Source: Eledone cirrhosa (lineage: Eukaryota). From it: a stretch of DNA of 64,000 nucleotides. Shown here piece after piece: positions 1 to 12,124 of the stretch. Location: assembly GCA_964016885.1 (NCBI GenBank), contig OZ024742.1:30566001-30630000 (forward strand), given 5' to 3'. The translations under genes and the position numbers were made by a program. The stretch's first letter is position 1. Each line of letters starts with the position of its first letter. The notes below the pieces were generated by a model that was given only the letters and a program-made list of their open reading frames with translations, made no database searches and had not been told where the DNA came from.

Positions 1-79
1 TGTGTACATATAAGTGACCTGTCCAGGGGGAGATAACTCTAGTATGACCTTATTTGGTCCAATATTCTCACTCTAATTT

Positions 80-360
80 GTCAGCATGGATGACATACAA
101 ATTGATGAAATGTTATATATGTTCATACAATTTATCAATGGTCTCTCCTCTATTTATTGAAGCAACCATAGGAGAAATACTTAACTAGGAGTATAAGCCT
201 CTCTGCCTAACATTCATAGAAGGTCTTTGACAGAGTGTCATGTTCTGTAATTTGGTAAGTGCTCAGGAAACTAGGGGTACATGGATGGTCTATCAAGGCT
301 GTCCAAGTCCTGTACAAGGAAGCACTAAGAAATGTGAGGGTGAGGGTAAACAATAAATAC
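80..360 (+). pseudogene. Old, degraded RTE-type reverse transcriptase fragment
   Basis: Decayed codons for the RQLQEKYL..KPL, K.FDRV..SVIW..LRKLGV and KAVQVLY motifs, matching the RTE ORF at 1404-3920; multiple stops and indels. Confidence 0.5.
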
Positions 361-527
361 ATTATTCCTATCACTTCTACGGACCAACACACTCCTAGCT
401 GCTCATTTCTGTCCTTTGAGGTAAATTTTACCTGATGCCATCATTAACAACATTTTTGCTGTTTTAGCAGCTATTCTTGTGCTCAGTTTTTCTCATTATT
501 CCATGAATAAATAAATATATATATATA

Positions 528-1162
528 TCATCATCATCATCATCGTTTAACGTCCATATTCCACGCTTGCATGGGTTTGGACGGGGGTTTTCCCACTTGA
601 GGCAAGAGTGGTTGTCTTGCTCACATAGGACTGTCTGGCGGGTTTTCTACAGCTGGATGCCCTTCCCAACACCAACCACGTTTACAGTGTGGGACTGGGA
701 GGTTTTTACCGTGTTACCTACACGGCCACATTACAGCGTGGACTGTGTGTTTTTTTATCGTGACACCTACATGACCTCATTTGTTTCGGGCTGGATGTTG
801 TGGTACCAACATAACTTTACATTGAAAGGGGTGGTGTGGATGGGGTGGGGTAGTGGGATGGGGTGTATTTTGTTAGAGGTGCCTACTGACTGAAGTAGGT
901 TTCACTTTGTACTTAGGTAAGGCGGGTCTTCTCTATTACTGTGTAGCGCCAAAGATCTCGGTCCAGTGACATTGTCTTGGAGAGGTGTAAGTGTGTGAGG
1001 TCAGAATTTATCAAGTCGTCCCAGGTTTTTCTGGGTCTGCCTACTCCGTGGCTACCGTCTATTTTTATTGCCCTGCACTTTTTTATACAGCTGTCGTCTT
1101 TCATGCGCATCATGTGACCATACCAACGTAGTCTTCTCTCGAGTAAACAACATCTGATCCCT
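528..1162 (-). mobile_element. RTE LINE, 5'-truncated (ORF C-terminus, 3' UTR and (GAT)n tail)
   Basis: ORF 913..1113 (..GVGRPRKTW..LDRDLWR); 3' end TGGACGTTAAACGATGATGATG abutting (TA)n; near-identical to copies at 6359 and 47011. Confidence 0.9.
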
Positions 1163-1206
1163 GAGGGATCAGATATATATATATATTTCGTTTCTGAATT
1201 TATATA

Positions 1207-4200
1207 TCATCATCATCATCATCATCGTTTAACGTCCATGTTCCACGCTTGCATGGGTTTGGACGGGAGTTTTCCCACTTGAGGCAAGAGTGGTTGTCTT
1301 GCTCGCATAGGACTGTCTGGCGGGTTTTCTACAGCTGGATTGGAGAAGTGTAAGTGTGTGAGGTCGGAATTTATCAGGTCGTCCCAGGTTTTTCTGGGTC
1401 TGCCTACTCCGTGGCTACCGTTTTTATACAGCTGTCGTCTTTCATGCGCATCACGTGACCATACCAACGTAGCTTTCTCTCGAGTAAACAACATCTGATC
1501 CCTCTTATTTCTAATTTTTCCCTTAGTTCGTTTATGCTTTGCTGTTCACGTATATTACTATTACACATCCAGCGGAGCATGCAAGCTTCGTTCCTCTCTA
1601 GTCTGCGTATATCCTCTGCACACAATGCCCAGGTCTCACTGCCATGCAACATTGCTGTTCGTATGCAGGCATCATACAGCCTGCCTTTCATTTTTAGGGA
1701 GAACCCTTTAGCGGCTAATAGTGGTATAAGCTCTCTGAACTTTTTCCATCCAGTTCTGACTCTAGCTACTGTACTTTCAGAGCACCCTCCCCCACTGCTG
1801 ATTTTGTCACCCAGGTAACGGAAGCTGTCTACTATTTCTATAGAACCCTCTGCGCAATTGAAAGAGCTAGTATTTTGTGGGCACTTGCTGCTACTTATTG
1901 CACCAGAGCACCGGCCACATGTAAAATCTATGTTCTTAGTTAGCTTACCTGTGATCCCACTATATCTTTTATGCACCCATACTTTGCATTTGGGACATAA
2001 AATGGAGTTTCTACCTACGCCTTTCCTACACACTGAGCATGGCCATTTCCCTGAGGGTACCTGTGCCTTATTTTCCTTTCTACAAACTAGGACTTTAGTC
2101 TTAGATAAGTTAACTTTAAGGCCTTTTGATTCTAGGCCATGCTTCCATGTTTGGAATTTCTTTTCTAGTTCAGCCATTGATTTAGCTATGAGCATTAGAT
2201 CATCTGCGTATAGGAGTTCCCATGGGCAGCCGGTCTTGAACTCCACTGTTATAGCCTGAAGGGCAATAATAAATAGTAGGGGGCTAAGAACAGAGCCCTG
2301 ATGAACACCAACTTTTACGCTAAACTCTTCACTATATTCGTTGTTAATTCTAACCTTGCTGACTGTTTCTTTATACATGGCTTGTATAGCTCTCACAAGC
2401 CATTCATCAACACCTAGTTTTCTAAGAGCCCACCAGATAATGGAACAGGGGACTCTGTCGAAGTCTTTCTCCAAGTCGACGAAAGCTAAGTATAGGGGTT
2501 TACTTTTAGCTAGGTACTTCTCCTGTAGTTGTCGTACAATGAAAAGAGCGTCTGTGGTACTTTTGCCAGACACAAATCCGAACTGCATTTCATCTAGATC
2601 AATTCTCTCTCTGATTAGTTGCGCTATTACTTTTTCCGTGACCTTCATGACCTGGTCGATTAATTTAATGCCTCTATAGTTACTCCTATCTAGAGCGTCT
2701 CCTTTACCCTTGTAACATTTAACGATGATGCTGCTACGCCAGTCCTTCGGAACAACCCCATTCTGTATGACTTGGTTTACTATCCGGGTGACCATGGTGT
2801 GTCCCACCGTTCCAGAGGCTTTCAGCATCTCAGCAACTATTTCCGAAGGCCCAGCCGCCTTACCTGTCTTCATATCTTTGATTGCCTTACTTATTATACT
2901 ACCTTCGACTAACACTGCTGGTCCCTCTATTGGGTCGATGTGGGGGAGACTGTCTTTCTCCCATTTATTCTCCTCATTTAGTAGCCTTTCGTAGTGACAC
3001 TTCCAAGCTACCTTCTTATCAGCGTCAGTGATGACAAGTACGCCATCATCATTAAGTACACACTTCTCCCCGACAATATCACGGTTTTCCTTGACACATT
3101 GCCTAACAATCCTGAACACCTCACGTTTTTGGTCCTCGTGTTGTAGAACATGCTTGAACTTTCTTTCCTCTGTTTCCCTTCTTGCGAAGTACACTTGTCT
3201 CCTAGCTTCCCTCCTGGCCACTTGATAGTCTTCTCTACTTCCCCCATCCCGCCATGCTTTCCAAGCCTGCTTTTTGGCCTTGATTGACCCCTCCATCTTA
3301 CTGTTCCACCACCATGTTACTCTCCTCCTGCCTACAGGCCTGCTCCAGCCACAGACTTTGTCTGCCGCCATCAGCAGGTTTGCTTTCAGGAATTCCCACT
3401 GTTCCTCTATATTGTACGACTGTAATTGCTCTTCCTTACTGTTGAAAGCATCAAGTAATATGCTTTTAAATTTATTTCTGGCTGTGGGATCCTTTAGCTT
3501 CCATATTTTTCTCCTGAGGATAGTCCTCTTCTGCTGTCTAGTACGTCTCGTCCTAACTATGAGGTCGCTAATTATCAGTCTATGTTGGGAGGTGCATTCT
3601 TCATGGGGGAGGGATTTAGTGTTTACAACAGACACTCTGTCACGTCTTCTGGTAAGGATATAATCTACCTGGCTGGTATGTTCCCCTGATCTGTAGGTGA
3701 TCAAGTGATTGTCTCGTTTTTTGAAGTTAGTGTTACAGATAGTTAGGTTATTTGCATCACAGAATTCCAGGATTCTGGAGCCTTCCTCGTTTCTAGTACC
3801 AAACCCATAGCCTCCGTGGATTCTGTCATAGCCGTCACAATGTTGTCTAACATGGCCATTTAGGTCGCCAGCAATAATTATATAGTCACTGTCGGTTATT
3901 TGGGAGGTAGTGAGCATCATGTCTCATAGAATCTGTCTTTTATAGCGCCAGGCAGTCCGGATTGGGGCGCGTATGCAGATATTACTGTCACAGTAGTTCT
4001 GTTTAGAACAAGTCTTATTTTAATTATTCTGTCATTCACTCTATTTACATCTATTATCTTATCCACCCATTTTTCTGCTAACATGATTCCTACCCCACCT
4101 ATCCCATTGTCATTTCCCACCCAGAAAAGCTTATAGCAACGTTTTTTACCCACAATGAATCTAGCAGACCCGCCCCTCCACCTGGTCTCTTGGATACAGC

Positions 4201-4610
4201 AAACATCAACCTCCTTAAGTTCAAGCATTTCTACAACCTCGTTAGATCGGCCTTTTAAGGTGCCTACGTTCATGGTACCAACTCTGAAGTTTTGGATTGT
4301 GTTTGGAGGATGGGGCGCAGGGAGGGGTGAGGGGATGGGGTTGGGGTTATGTTGGCCATCCGCAACCGAAACAAAGAGGAGCGGGCCTTGCCCTTTCGTC
4401 CGGCAGCATGAGGTGAATTTGTTGTTATCTTTGGCATTGTCATCGAGTGTCCAGATTCTTCAGACTCTCCAGAAATTCCTTAGTCCATCCATCATATCGA
4501 AAAGCAGCCAGAAGTGATAGCATAGGCCGTTGACTTGTGATTGGTCCAAATAGTAAAGGTGGAGAGTGGGGGTGGGAGGGAGGGGTATGGGGTAGTTAGC
4601 AAAGAGAAGA
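1207..4610 (-). mobile_element. RTE LINE, near full length, with one frameshift and two 3' internal deletions
   Basis: APE endonuclease (NVGTL, CIQETRW, SAYAPQ, GDLNGH, VDYIL), RT (NYRGI, QFGF, FVDLEK.FDRV, GVHQGSVLSP, LYADD, FRYLG) and RTE C-terminus (RLERNE, LRWYGHV); (GAT)n tail. Confidence 0.93.
1404..4273 (-). pseudogene. RTE ORF (APE endonuclease, RT, PHD-like finger), frameshifted near 3920
   Basis: ORFs 3917..4273 (118 aa) and 1404..3920 (838 aa) join into a single EN-RT product; C-terminus cut by a deletion near 1420. Confidence 0.88.
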
Positions 4611-4621
4611 ATATATATATA

Positions 4622-4646
<25 letters not shown>

Positions 4647-4652
<6 letters not shown>

Positions 4653-4932
4653 TGAAAGGATAACAAGGACGATTGATTACACCTTCATTGCATTTATTAG
4701 TAGGTGACGCGCGTTTCGCTACTGTTCAGCTCAAGGTTCGATATGTATCAATCCTACCCGACTCAATAATCGGCGGCTCGACGGACCCTTTAAAATACTG
4801 TAAGAAATTCGTCCTTGTTATCCTTTCAATATATTACACTCTGTATAGCTCTACACCTCGACACTGAAGTGAACCTAAACATCAAGTGCTCTCCCGGGTA
4901 CACCTGCAGTAACTCCAAGTTACACTCGCTGG
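4647..4932 (-). mobile_element. Short fold-back insert with a degenerate hammerhead motif (Penelope-like remnant)
   Basis: 22-bp exact inverted repeat 4651-4672/4809-4830; minus strand reads GGT CCGTCGA GC..GC GAAA CGCGCG TC ACC at 4703-4787; flanked by (TA)n. Confidence 0.5.
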
Positions 4933-4963
<31 letters not shown>

Positions 4964-5030
4964 TATTTATATATTTGATAGAGAAGAGGAGAAATTATAT
5001 ACACATAGATACTCGTGTATATATATATAA

Positions 5031-5375
5031 CAGTAAGCAAGATTGAAGTCAATGTTGACTTTGATCGTGCTTACTTTTATTTACAGTCTGCACACTACAA
5101 CCACCTTAACTCTGGAATACAACCCAACATGAAGGGGACCATTGTAACAGCATCGAGGGCTTAAAACGGGGACCCGCCTATAACTGTGGTTATGCACTAA
5201 AGACATTTTTTCCAATTCCATCCCGCCTGTCCCCTCAATCTATTTTATTTCTCATTCTTTCTCCTGATGAAGGACTAGCATCCAAAACGTTAATACCCTC
5301 TTCCTGCTATATCAAGCGTTAACCTAATATTTACGTTCCATATACTGTACCAATTGTGTTGTTATTTTTGTTTAC
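5031..5375 (+). mobile_element. Penelope-like remnant with a 5' hairpin and degenerate hammerhead
   Basis: Imperfect hairpin 5031-5075; CTGATGA A GGA-ctagca-TCC AAAA CGTTA at 5264-5292; 5080-5130 resembles 42878-42925. Confidence 0.45.
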
Positions 5376-5376
5376 C

Positions 5377-5511
<135 letters not shown>

Positions 5512-6007
5512 AATATATACAATATATACATATACACACATACAAATATGTATATATATATATATATATATATAAAAAATGATGATGAAAATGATGATAT
5601 ACACATATACATACATATATATCTATGTGTGCACATGAGTGAGTGTGTGTGTCTGTATACATACTCACACTTACACAAAACATGTATATTATCCTCCTTC
5701 GCCTCCTCCTCATCATCACCGGTTAACATCTATTTTTCCATACTAGAATGGGTTAACCACATGCATACATATGCAAATGCATTCTCATGCAGCGAGAAGC
5801 ACACATGTGTGCACATATGCACTTTTACAAACCTCGGTACACTGTAAAAACTGTATCAGACACAGTTATATCAGTATACACACATATACATAGATATACA
5901 TGTGTATACACATGTAAAAATACATACATACACACACACATGCCTAGTAATAGCCCCACCCCTACTCCCACTAACACGACACTTTTTATCTCTCCAACTG
6001 CCGTTTG

Positions 6008-6345
<338 letters not shown>

Positions 6346-6358
6346 ATATATATATATA

Positions 6359-7343
6359 CATCATCATCATCATCATCAACGTTTAACGTCCGTGTTCCAC
6401 GCTTGCATGGGTTTGGACGGGGGTTTTCCCACTTGAGGCAAGAGTGATTGTCTTGCTCGCATAGGACTATCTGGCGGGTTTTCTACAGCTGGATGCCCTT
6501 CCTAACACCAACCACATTTACAGTGTGGGGCTGGGAGGTTTTTACCGTGTTGCCTACACGGCCACATTACAGCGTGGACTGTGTCTACACGATCTCATTT
6601 GTTTCGGCCTGGATGTTGTGGCACCAACATAACTTTACATTGAAGGGGCGGTGTGGATGGGGAGGGGGGGGTGTATTTTGTTAGAGATGCCTACTGGCTG
6701 AAGTAGGTTTTACTTTGTATTTAGGTAAGGCGGGTCTTCTCTATTACTGAGTACCGCCAAAGGTCTCGGTCCAGTGACATTGTCTTGGAGAGGTGTAAGT
6801 GTGTGAGGTCAGAATTTATCAGCTCGTCCCAGGTTTTTCTGGGTCTGCCTACTCCGTAGCTACTGTCTATCTTTATTTCCCTGCACTTTGTTATACAGCT
6901 GTCGTCTTTCATGCGCATCACGTGACCATACCAACGTAGCCTTCTCTCGAGTAAACAACATCTGATCCCTCTTATTTCTAATTTTTTACTTAGTTCGCTT
7001 ATTCTTTGCCGTTCACGTATGTTACTATTACACATCCAGCGGAGCATGCAAGCTTCGTTCCTCTCTAGTCTGCGTATATCCTCTGCACACAATGCCCAGG
7101 TCTCACTGCCATGCAACATTGCTGTTCGTATGCAGGCATCATACAACCTGCCTTTCATTCTTAGGGAAAACCCTTTAGCGGCTAATAGTGGTATAAGCTC
7201 TCTGAACTTTTTCCAACCAGTTCTGACTCTAGCTACTGTACTTTCAGAGCACCCTCCCCCACTGCTGATTTTGTCGCCCAGGTAACGGAAGCTGTCCACT
7301 ATTTCTATAGAACCCGCTGCGCAATTGAAAGAGCTAGTATTTT
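6359..7343 (-). mobile_element. RTE LINE, 5'-truncated
   Basis: ORF 6721..7299 near-identical to the RTE C-terminus; complete 3' UTR and (GAT)n tail; (TA)n on both sides. Confidence 0.92.
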
Positions 7344-7365
7344 ATACATATATATATACATATAC

Positions 7366-7415
<50 letters not shown>

Positions 7416-7422
7416 TCATCAT

Positions 7423-7469
<47 letters not shown>

Positions 7470-7470
<1 letters not shown>

Positions 7471-7650
7471 TTAAGGGTACTATTTATGGTTATGCAAATA
7501 CAAAAACCTTTTGTAGTTATATATATTTTTACAAACCCTAAATAGTGATAGGCAGTAATATATTACTACCTTATTACCAGTAAGTTAAATAGCTCAATGT
7601 ACTAACATCAGATGTTTTACAGAGCAGTTATATATAAGTTATAAGAATCA
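7470..7650 (-). mobile_element. Truncated copy of the terminal segment found at 11960-12085
   Basis: Reverse complement matches ctgctctgtaaaacatctgatg..cattgagctattt..cttactggtaataaggtagtaat. Confidence 0.6.
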
Positions 7651-7692
7651 ATATATATATATACATATATATATATACATATATATATATAC

Positions 7693-7723
<31 letters not shown>

Positions 7724-7736
7724 CATATATATATAC

Positions 7737-7795
<59 letters not shown>

Positions 7796-8555
7796 CATAT
7801 ATATATACATATGTGTACATGTATATATATATATATATGTGTGTGTGTGCATGTATGTATATATGTATATATGTGTGTGTGTGTGCATATATGTATATAT
7901 GTATATATGTGTGTATGTGTGCATGTATGTACATATATGTATATGAAATTTAAAATTGTGTTCTTACTGCAAATAAAACTATATACAAGTACAGAGCCAA
8001 ACCACCTATACATACACATACACACACACATATGCACATACACACCAACAACACAATACACATCTGTACATACACACAAACATACAGACGCACACAGATG
8101 CACATTAACACACACAGATACACACAAACATGCAAATACTTACACAGATAAACACAGCCCCCCCCTCACCCACACCCACACATACACACAGGCACACATA
8201 CACACAGGCACACAGGCAATCACACACACACACACATACGCTCGTGCCCATGTAAGCACACTCAATCACACACACACGTATATATTCTCATACATATAGA
8301 CACACTTGAGCATATATATATATATACACACATTCATGCATATACACACACAAAGTTGCACATACACACACAGTTGTACACACATACACACACATACATG
8401 TACACATAACAGATACAGAAGCACACCAATGCAGACACACACATACACACACACATGTATATACCAGAAAAGCACATGTGCAGATCAGTCAATCTGTACA
8501 TAATCTACATATGTAAGAGTGCATGTGTACACGTGTGTGTGTGTGTGTGTGTGTG
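7651..8555. repeat. (TA)n/(TACA)n/(CA)n compound microsatellite
   Basis: Direct reading; explains the YIYI and HTHT pseudo-ORFs. Confidence 0.95.
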
Positions 8556-8834
8556 GTCGTCCCTCTCGCAATGGGAAGCTATTTGTACAGTTAGTTGACC
8601 TGCTAGAAATAGCAGCCAAGTTATCTGAATTACAACTACTATCATAAAAATAGAAAGATATATAGGACACTGTACTAAATATACACATATGACAGGGTGG
8701 CCACTGCTGGAACGACAAATAGTAGCAGCTAGAAATTTGAAGTAACAATTTGTGAAGTTTCAGTTTCTAATAAATTTTATATATATAAATAAATATACAC
8801 ACACACACACTCACACACATATATATATATGTAA

Positions 8835-9145
8835 TGGAGGCACATGGCTTAGTGGTTAGAGCATTGGCCTTGCAATCGAAAGGTTGTGAGTTCAATTCTC
8901 AGACCGGGTGATGTGTTGTTTCCTTGAGCAAGACACTTTATTTCACATTGCTCCAGTTTACTCAGCTGTAGAAATGAGATGATAGGGACTGGGGTCCCTA
9001 TCATTCCACTGCAAAGCACCCAGCACTTACTGTAAATGAGGTTGGTGTTAGGAAGGGCATCCAGCTGTAAAAATCAAGCCAGAATCAGTTCCCGTCCCAC
9101 CCTTGCAAGCAGGGAAAAGCGGACGTAAAATGATGATGATGATGA
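8835..9145 (+). mobile_element. tRNA-derived SINE family A (CORE-like domain, RTE-type tail)
   Basis: A box TGGCTTAGTGG, B box GAGTTCAATTC, core CCTTGAGCAAGACACTT; tail GGAAGGGCATCCAGCTGTA..GGACGTAAAATGATGATG resembles the RTE 3' UTR; three copies in the window. Confidence 0.88.
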
Positions 9146-9156
9146 TATATATATAT

Positions 9157-10068
9157 ATATTTCGTTTCTGAATTTGTTTAGCAAGATTTTTTATTTGAAA
9201 ACGTGTGTTGAAACCGATATTGTTATATTTTGGGTGGGTTATGTTGCCAATAAGAAACACACGCACCAGTTGCTTTCACTTCAATTTATTATAAATTAAA
9301 TTTATAAATTTAGGAATTTATAAATTTCCGGCTGGTTGGTTGGTTCCACAACCAGACGATTGTTCATATATTGTCAAAGTTCTTTCGTCACACATTCTGT
9401 GACTTCTTCAATGACTGGGGATTCTTTTCTTTGTTTTTGTGCCTCTCCTTTGTTCTGTCCTACGCCATCTTGTTTTTGTGTGTGTTGTGTGCTTAGTTTG
9501 CGCATGTGTTACATTCGGATGTCTGTGTGTGTTTATATTTGTTTATTTATTTGTTTATTTACATGTTACAAGACGCAATGTTTAGACAAATCACAGAGGC
9601 AATAAACATAAATGAACTCCAACCAAAATTAAATAGAAAGCATGAATGGAATAGCAACATCACAACTTACAATTAAGGACAAAATGAAAACACACACACA
9701 CACATAGAACAACCAACCAACCAGTAACATGTAAATAAACAAATAAATAAACAAATATAAACACACACAGACACCCGGATGTAACACATGCGCAAACTAA
9801 GCACACAACACACACAAAAACAAGATGGCGTAGGACAGAACAAAGGAGAGAGACAAAAACAAAGAAAAGAATCCCCAGTCACTGAAGAGGTCACAGAATG
9901 TGTGACGAAAGAACTTTGACAATATATGAACAATCGTCTGGTTGTGGAACCAACCAACCAACCGGAAATTTATAAATTCCTAAATTTATAAATTTAATTT
10001 ATAATAAATTGAAGTGAAAGCAACTGGTGCATGTGTTTCTTATTGGCAACATGACCCTCCCAAAGTAT

Positions 10069-10076
<8 letters not shown>
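9157..10076. mobile_element. About 350-bp inverted-repeat element with a hammerhead motif in each arm (Penelope-like inverted pseudo-LTRs)
   Basis: Arms 9217-9569 and 9724-10076 are near-identical reverse complements (mirror ORFs 9336..9605 and 9673..9957); about 150 bp spacer; in (TA)n. Confidence 0.75.
9878..9920 (+). ncRNA. Minimal type-I hammerhead ribozyme motif (mirror copy at 9373-9415 minus, with C3 to U)
   Basis: GTCA CTGAAGA G GTCACA-gaatg-TGTGAC GAAA G AA C T T TGAC: stems I, II and III all pair; CUU cleavage triplet. Confidence 0.6.
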
Positions 10077-10150
<74 letters not shown>

Positions 10151-10262
10151 CTATATAAGAAAAGAGTCAGGACCCCGACGGCTGAGCTCTGGCCATTTCG
10201 ACAGCTAGTTCTGAACTCACCTGGTTCCTCACCACACTTCTTTCCTTATATATATATATATA

Positions 10263-11547
10263 CAGGGTGTGGACGATATTTGTTCGCAATTTTTAACTGC
10301 TAATTTTATGCACATTTTTTTTACTTCCGTTGTCACTCTTGTCTTCATAAAAACAGTGACTATATTTCCATTATTTATTTTCAGAATAATTGATTATGAA
10401 TAATTTTGAACCTCCAAATTTGTGGAAGAGACACGGAGTTCTTCTTGGAATCCGCGCCGGGAGGACAAATAAGGAAATTTCAGACTTCACAGCGTCAGCA
10501 GGAGAATGGTGGAAAATGTCAGAAAGGAATTGGAAGATTCAGGATTCGACTACGAAGCAACATCAGAGAGGAAAACACATGATGCCTTCAGAACGCCCGA
10601 GTTCGTCACTGAGGTTCAGGATATCATCAACAATGAACCTAGCAAGTCAATGCGTGCCATTGCAAGGGGGAAAGGCATGGATGAAAAGCTCATTAGACTG
10701 GTGGTACATGAAGGCATTCGCTACGTTTCATGCAAGATGAGGAAAGGACAATTTCTGTGAAAGGCGATGCAAGAAAAGCAACTGAAGCACGCAAAGAAGC
10801 TGATCAACAAGTTGAAACACCCTCTGGATCCAGACATGCTGTGGTTTTTCTCCGACAAGAAAAACTTCTGCCAAGACCAGAAGATCAACTCCCAGAACAA
10901 CAGGTGGCTCGCTGTCTCATCCAACAACGTGCCCAGAGTCATGCAGACAAAGTTTCCAGCGACAACATTGGTCTTAGGTGTCGTCAGCAGTCAAGGTGAC
11001 GTCATGCCACCTCACTTCTTCCCTGAGAGCCTCAAGCTGAACACTGATGGCTACATCCGCGTTCTGAGCGAGGTAGCAAAGCCCTGGATCGACCAGATAG
11101 CTGCAGGTAGGCCATACGTGTGGCAGCAAGACTCAGCGCCCTGCCATGCCAGCCGAAAGACCCAAGCCAGAGGACTTCGTCAACCACACTTCACCTGACA
11201 TCTGGCCTCCCAGCTCGCCTGACTGCAACCCCCTCGACTTCTTTGTGTGGGGCGGAGTGGAACAAGACACCAACAGATCTAGCTGCAATACGAAAGACAA
11301 TCTGAAGGCCGGGATCACAAGTGCCTTTAGGGGCCTAAGTCGGGGGACAGTGACGAAGGCTTGTAGCCAGTTCCGAGGCCGCCTTGAGGCCATCATCAAG
11401 CCAATGGCAGGTTTATCGAGTGAGATCGAAAGAACAAGTCATGAAGATAAACTGACCCAAGTTTGATAAATAAATCTTAAAAAATAAAACTACTGTGTTA
11501 TTTTTTCCTAGACAGTAATCTTGCAAACAAATATCGTCCGCACCCTA
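10263..11547 (+). mobile_element. Tc1/mariner superfamily DNA transposon (maT/DD37D-like), complete ends but inactive
   Basis: About 27-bp TIRs CAGGGTGTGGACGATATTTGTTCGCAA / TTGCAAACAAATATCGTCCGCACCCT; TA on both sides; about 1.3 kb. Confidence 0.9.
10396..11423 (+). pseudogene. DDD transposase, disrupted by frameshifts and a stop
   Basis: Motifs WFFSD, QQDSAPCH and WPPSSPDCNPLDFFVW spread across ORFs 10390, 10506, 10767 and 11146. Confidence 0.88.
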
Positions 11548-11597
11548 TATATACAATGATATTAAATAAATGGAAACTATATTTATAAAACCATATT

Positions 11598-11660
11598 TAT
11601 TTTATTATATATATTTCAAGGGTACCAAAACACTTTGGTACGCTTTCTTCAGATAAAATA
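11598..11660 (-). ncRNA. Type-I hammerhead ribozyme motif, intact core
   Basis: TATTTTAT CTGAAGA AAGCGTACCAAA-gtgt-TTTGGTACCCTT GAAA TATATA TA ATAAAATA: 8-bp stem I, 11 of 12 pairs in stem II, palindromic stem III. Confidence 0.75.
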
Positions 11661-11889
11661 CAAAGTTTGTTTTATAAATAGAGACATACCCAGGAAAATC
11701 ATACCTTATCAGTTGGATATTCTTTGGATAGGTTTTAAGGTTTTCCTTTCCATTACATTGGTTATATTTTAGTGAATGTTTATCAGTAGTTACAACTATG
11801 GATTGTATATTGGTCCCATTACAATCTTATCCAGGGTTCGAGTTGTTTGAGTTGTTCGAGTTGTTCTCGAACCCTGGATAAGATTGTAA

Positions 11890-11936
11890 TGCTCCGATGA
11901 TTCCAAACGAAAGTTTGGAAGAAACGATTGTCAGCA
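11890..11936 (+). ncRNA. Type-I hammerhead ribozyme motif, U4 to C variant
   Basis: TGCT CCGATGA TTCCAAAC-gaaa-GTTTGGAA GAAA CGATTG TC AGCA, then AATAAA; preceded by a perfect 26-bp hairpin 11817-11842/11866-11891. Confidence 0.7.
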
Positions 11937-12124
11937 ATAAAATGTTTTGAACATAGTTTTGATTATTTTGTAATTTATATTCCTGCTCTGTAAAACATCT
12001 GATGTATTTACATTGAGCTATTTTTCTTACTGGTAATAAGGTAGTAATGAATTACTGACCTTTCCTGTTTATAATTATATATAGTGTATAGATAAGTATA
12101 TATATAGTGTATATATAAGTATAA

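Noticed and set aside
1534-3663. Antisense ORFs over LINEs (also over the Tx1 copies)
   Set aside because: Shadow frames of the RT ORFs; they recur only because the elements are homologous.
8835-8905. tRNA genes at SINE heads (also 25141, 32815, 44488)
   Set aside because: A and B boxes are present but there is no complete cloverleaf, and each continues into a SINE body.
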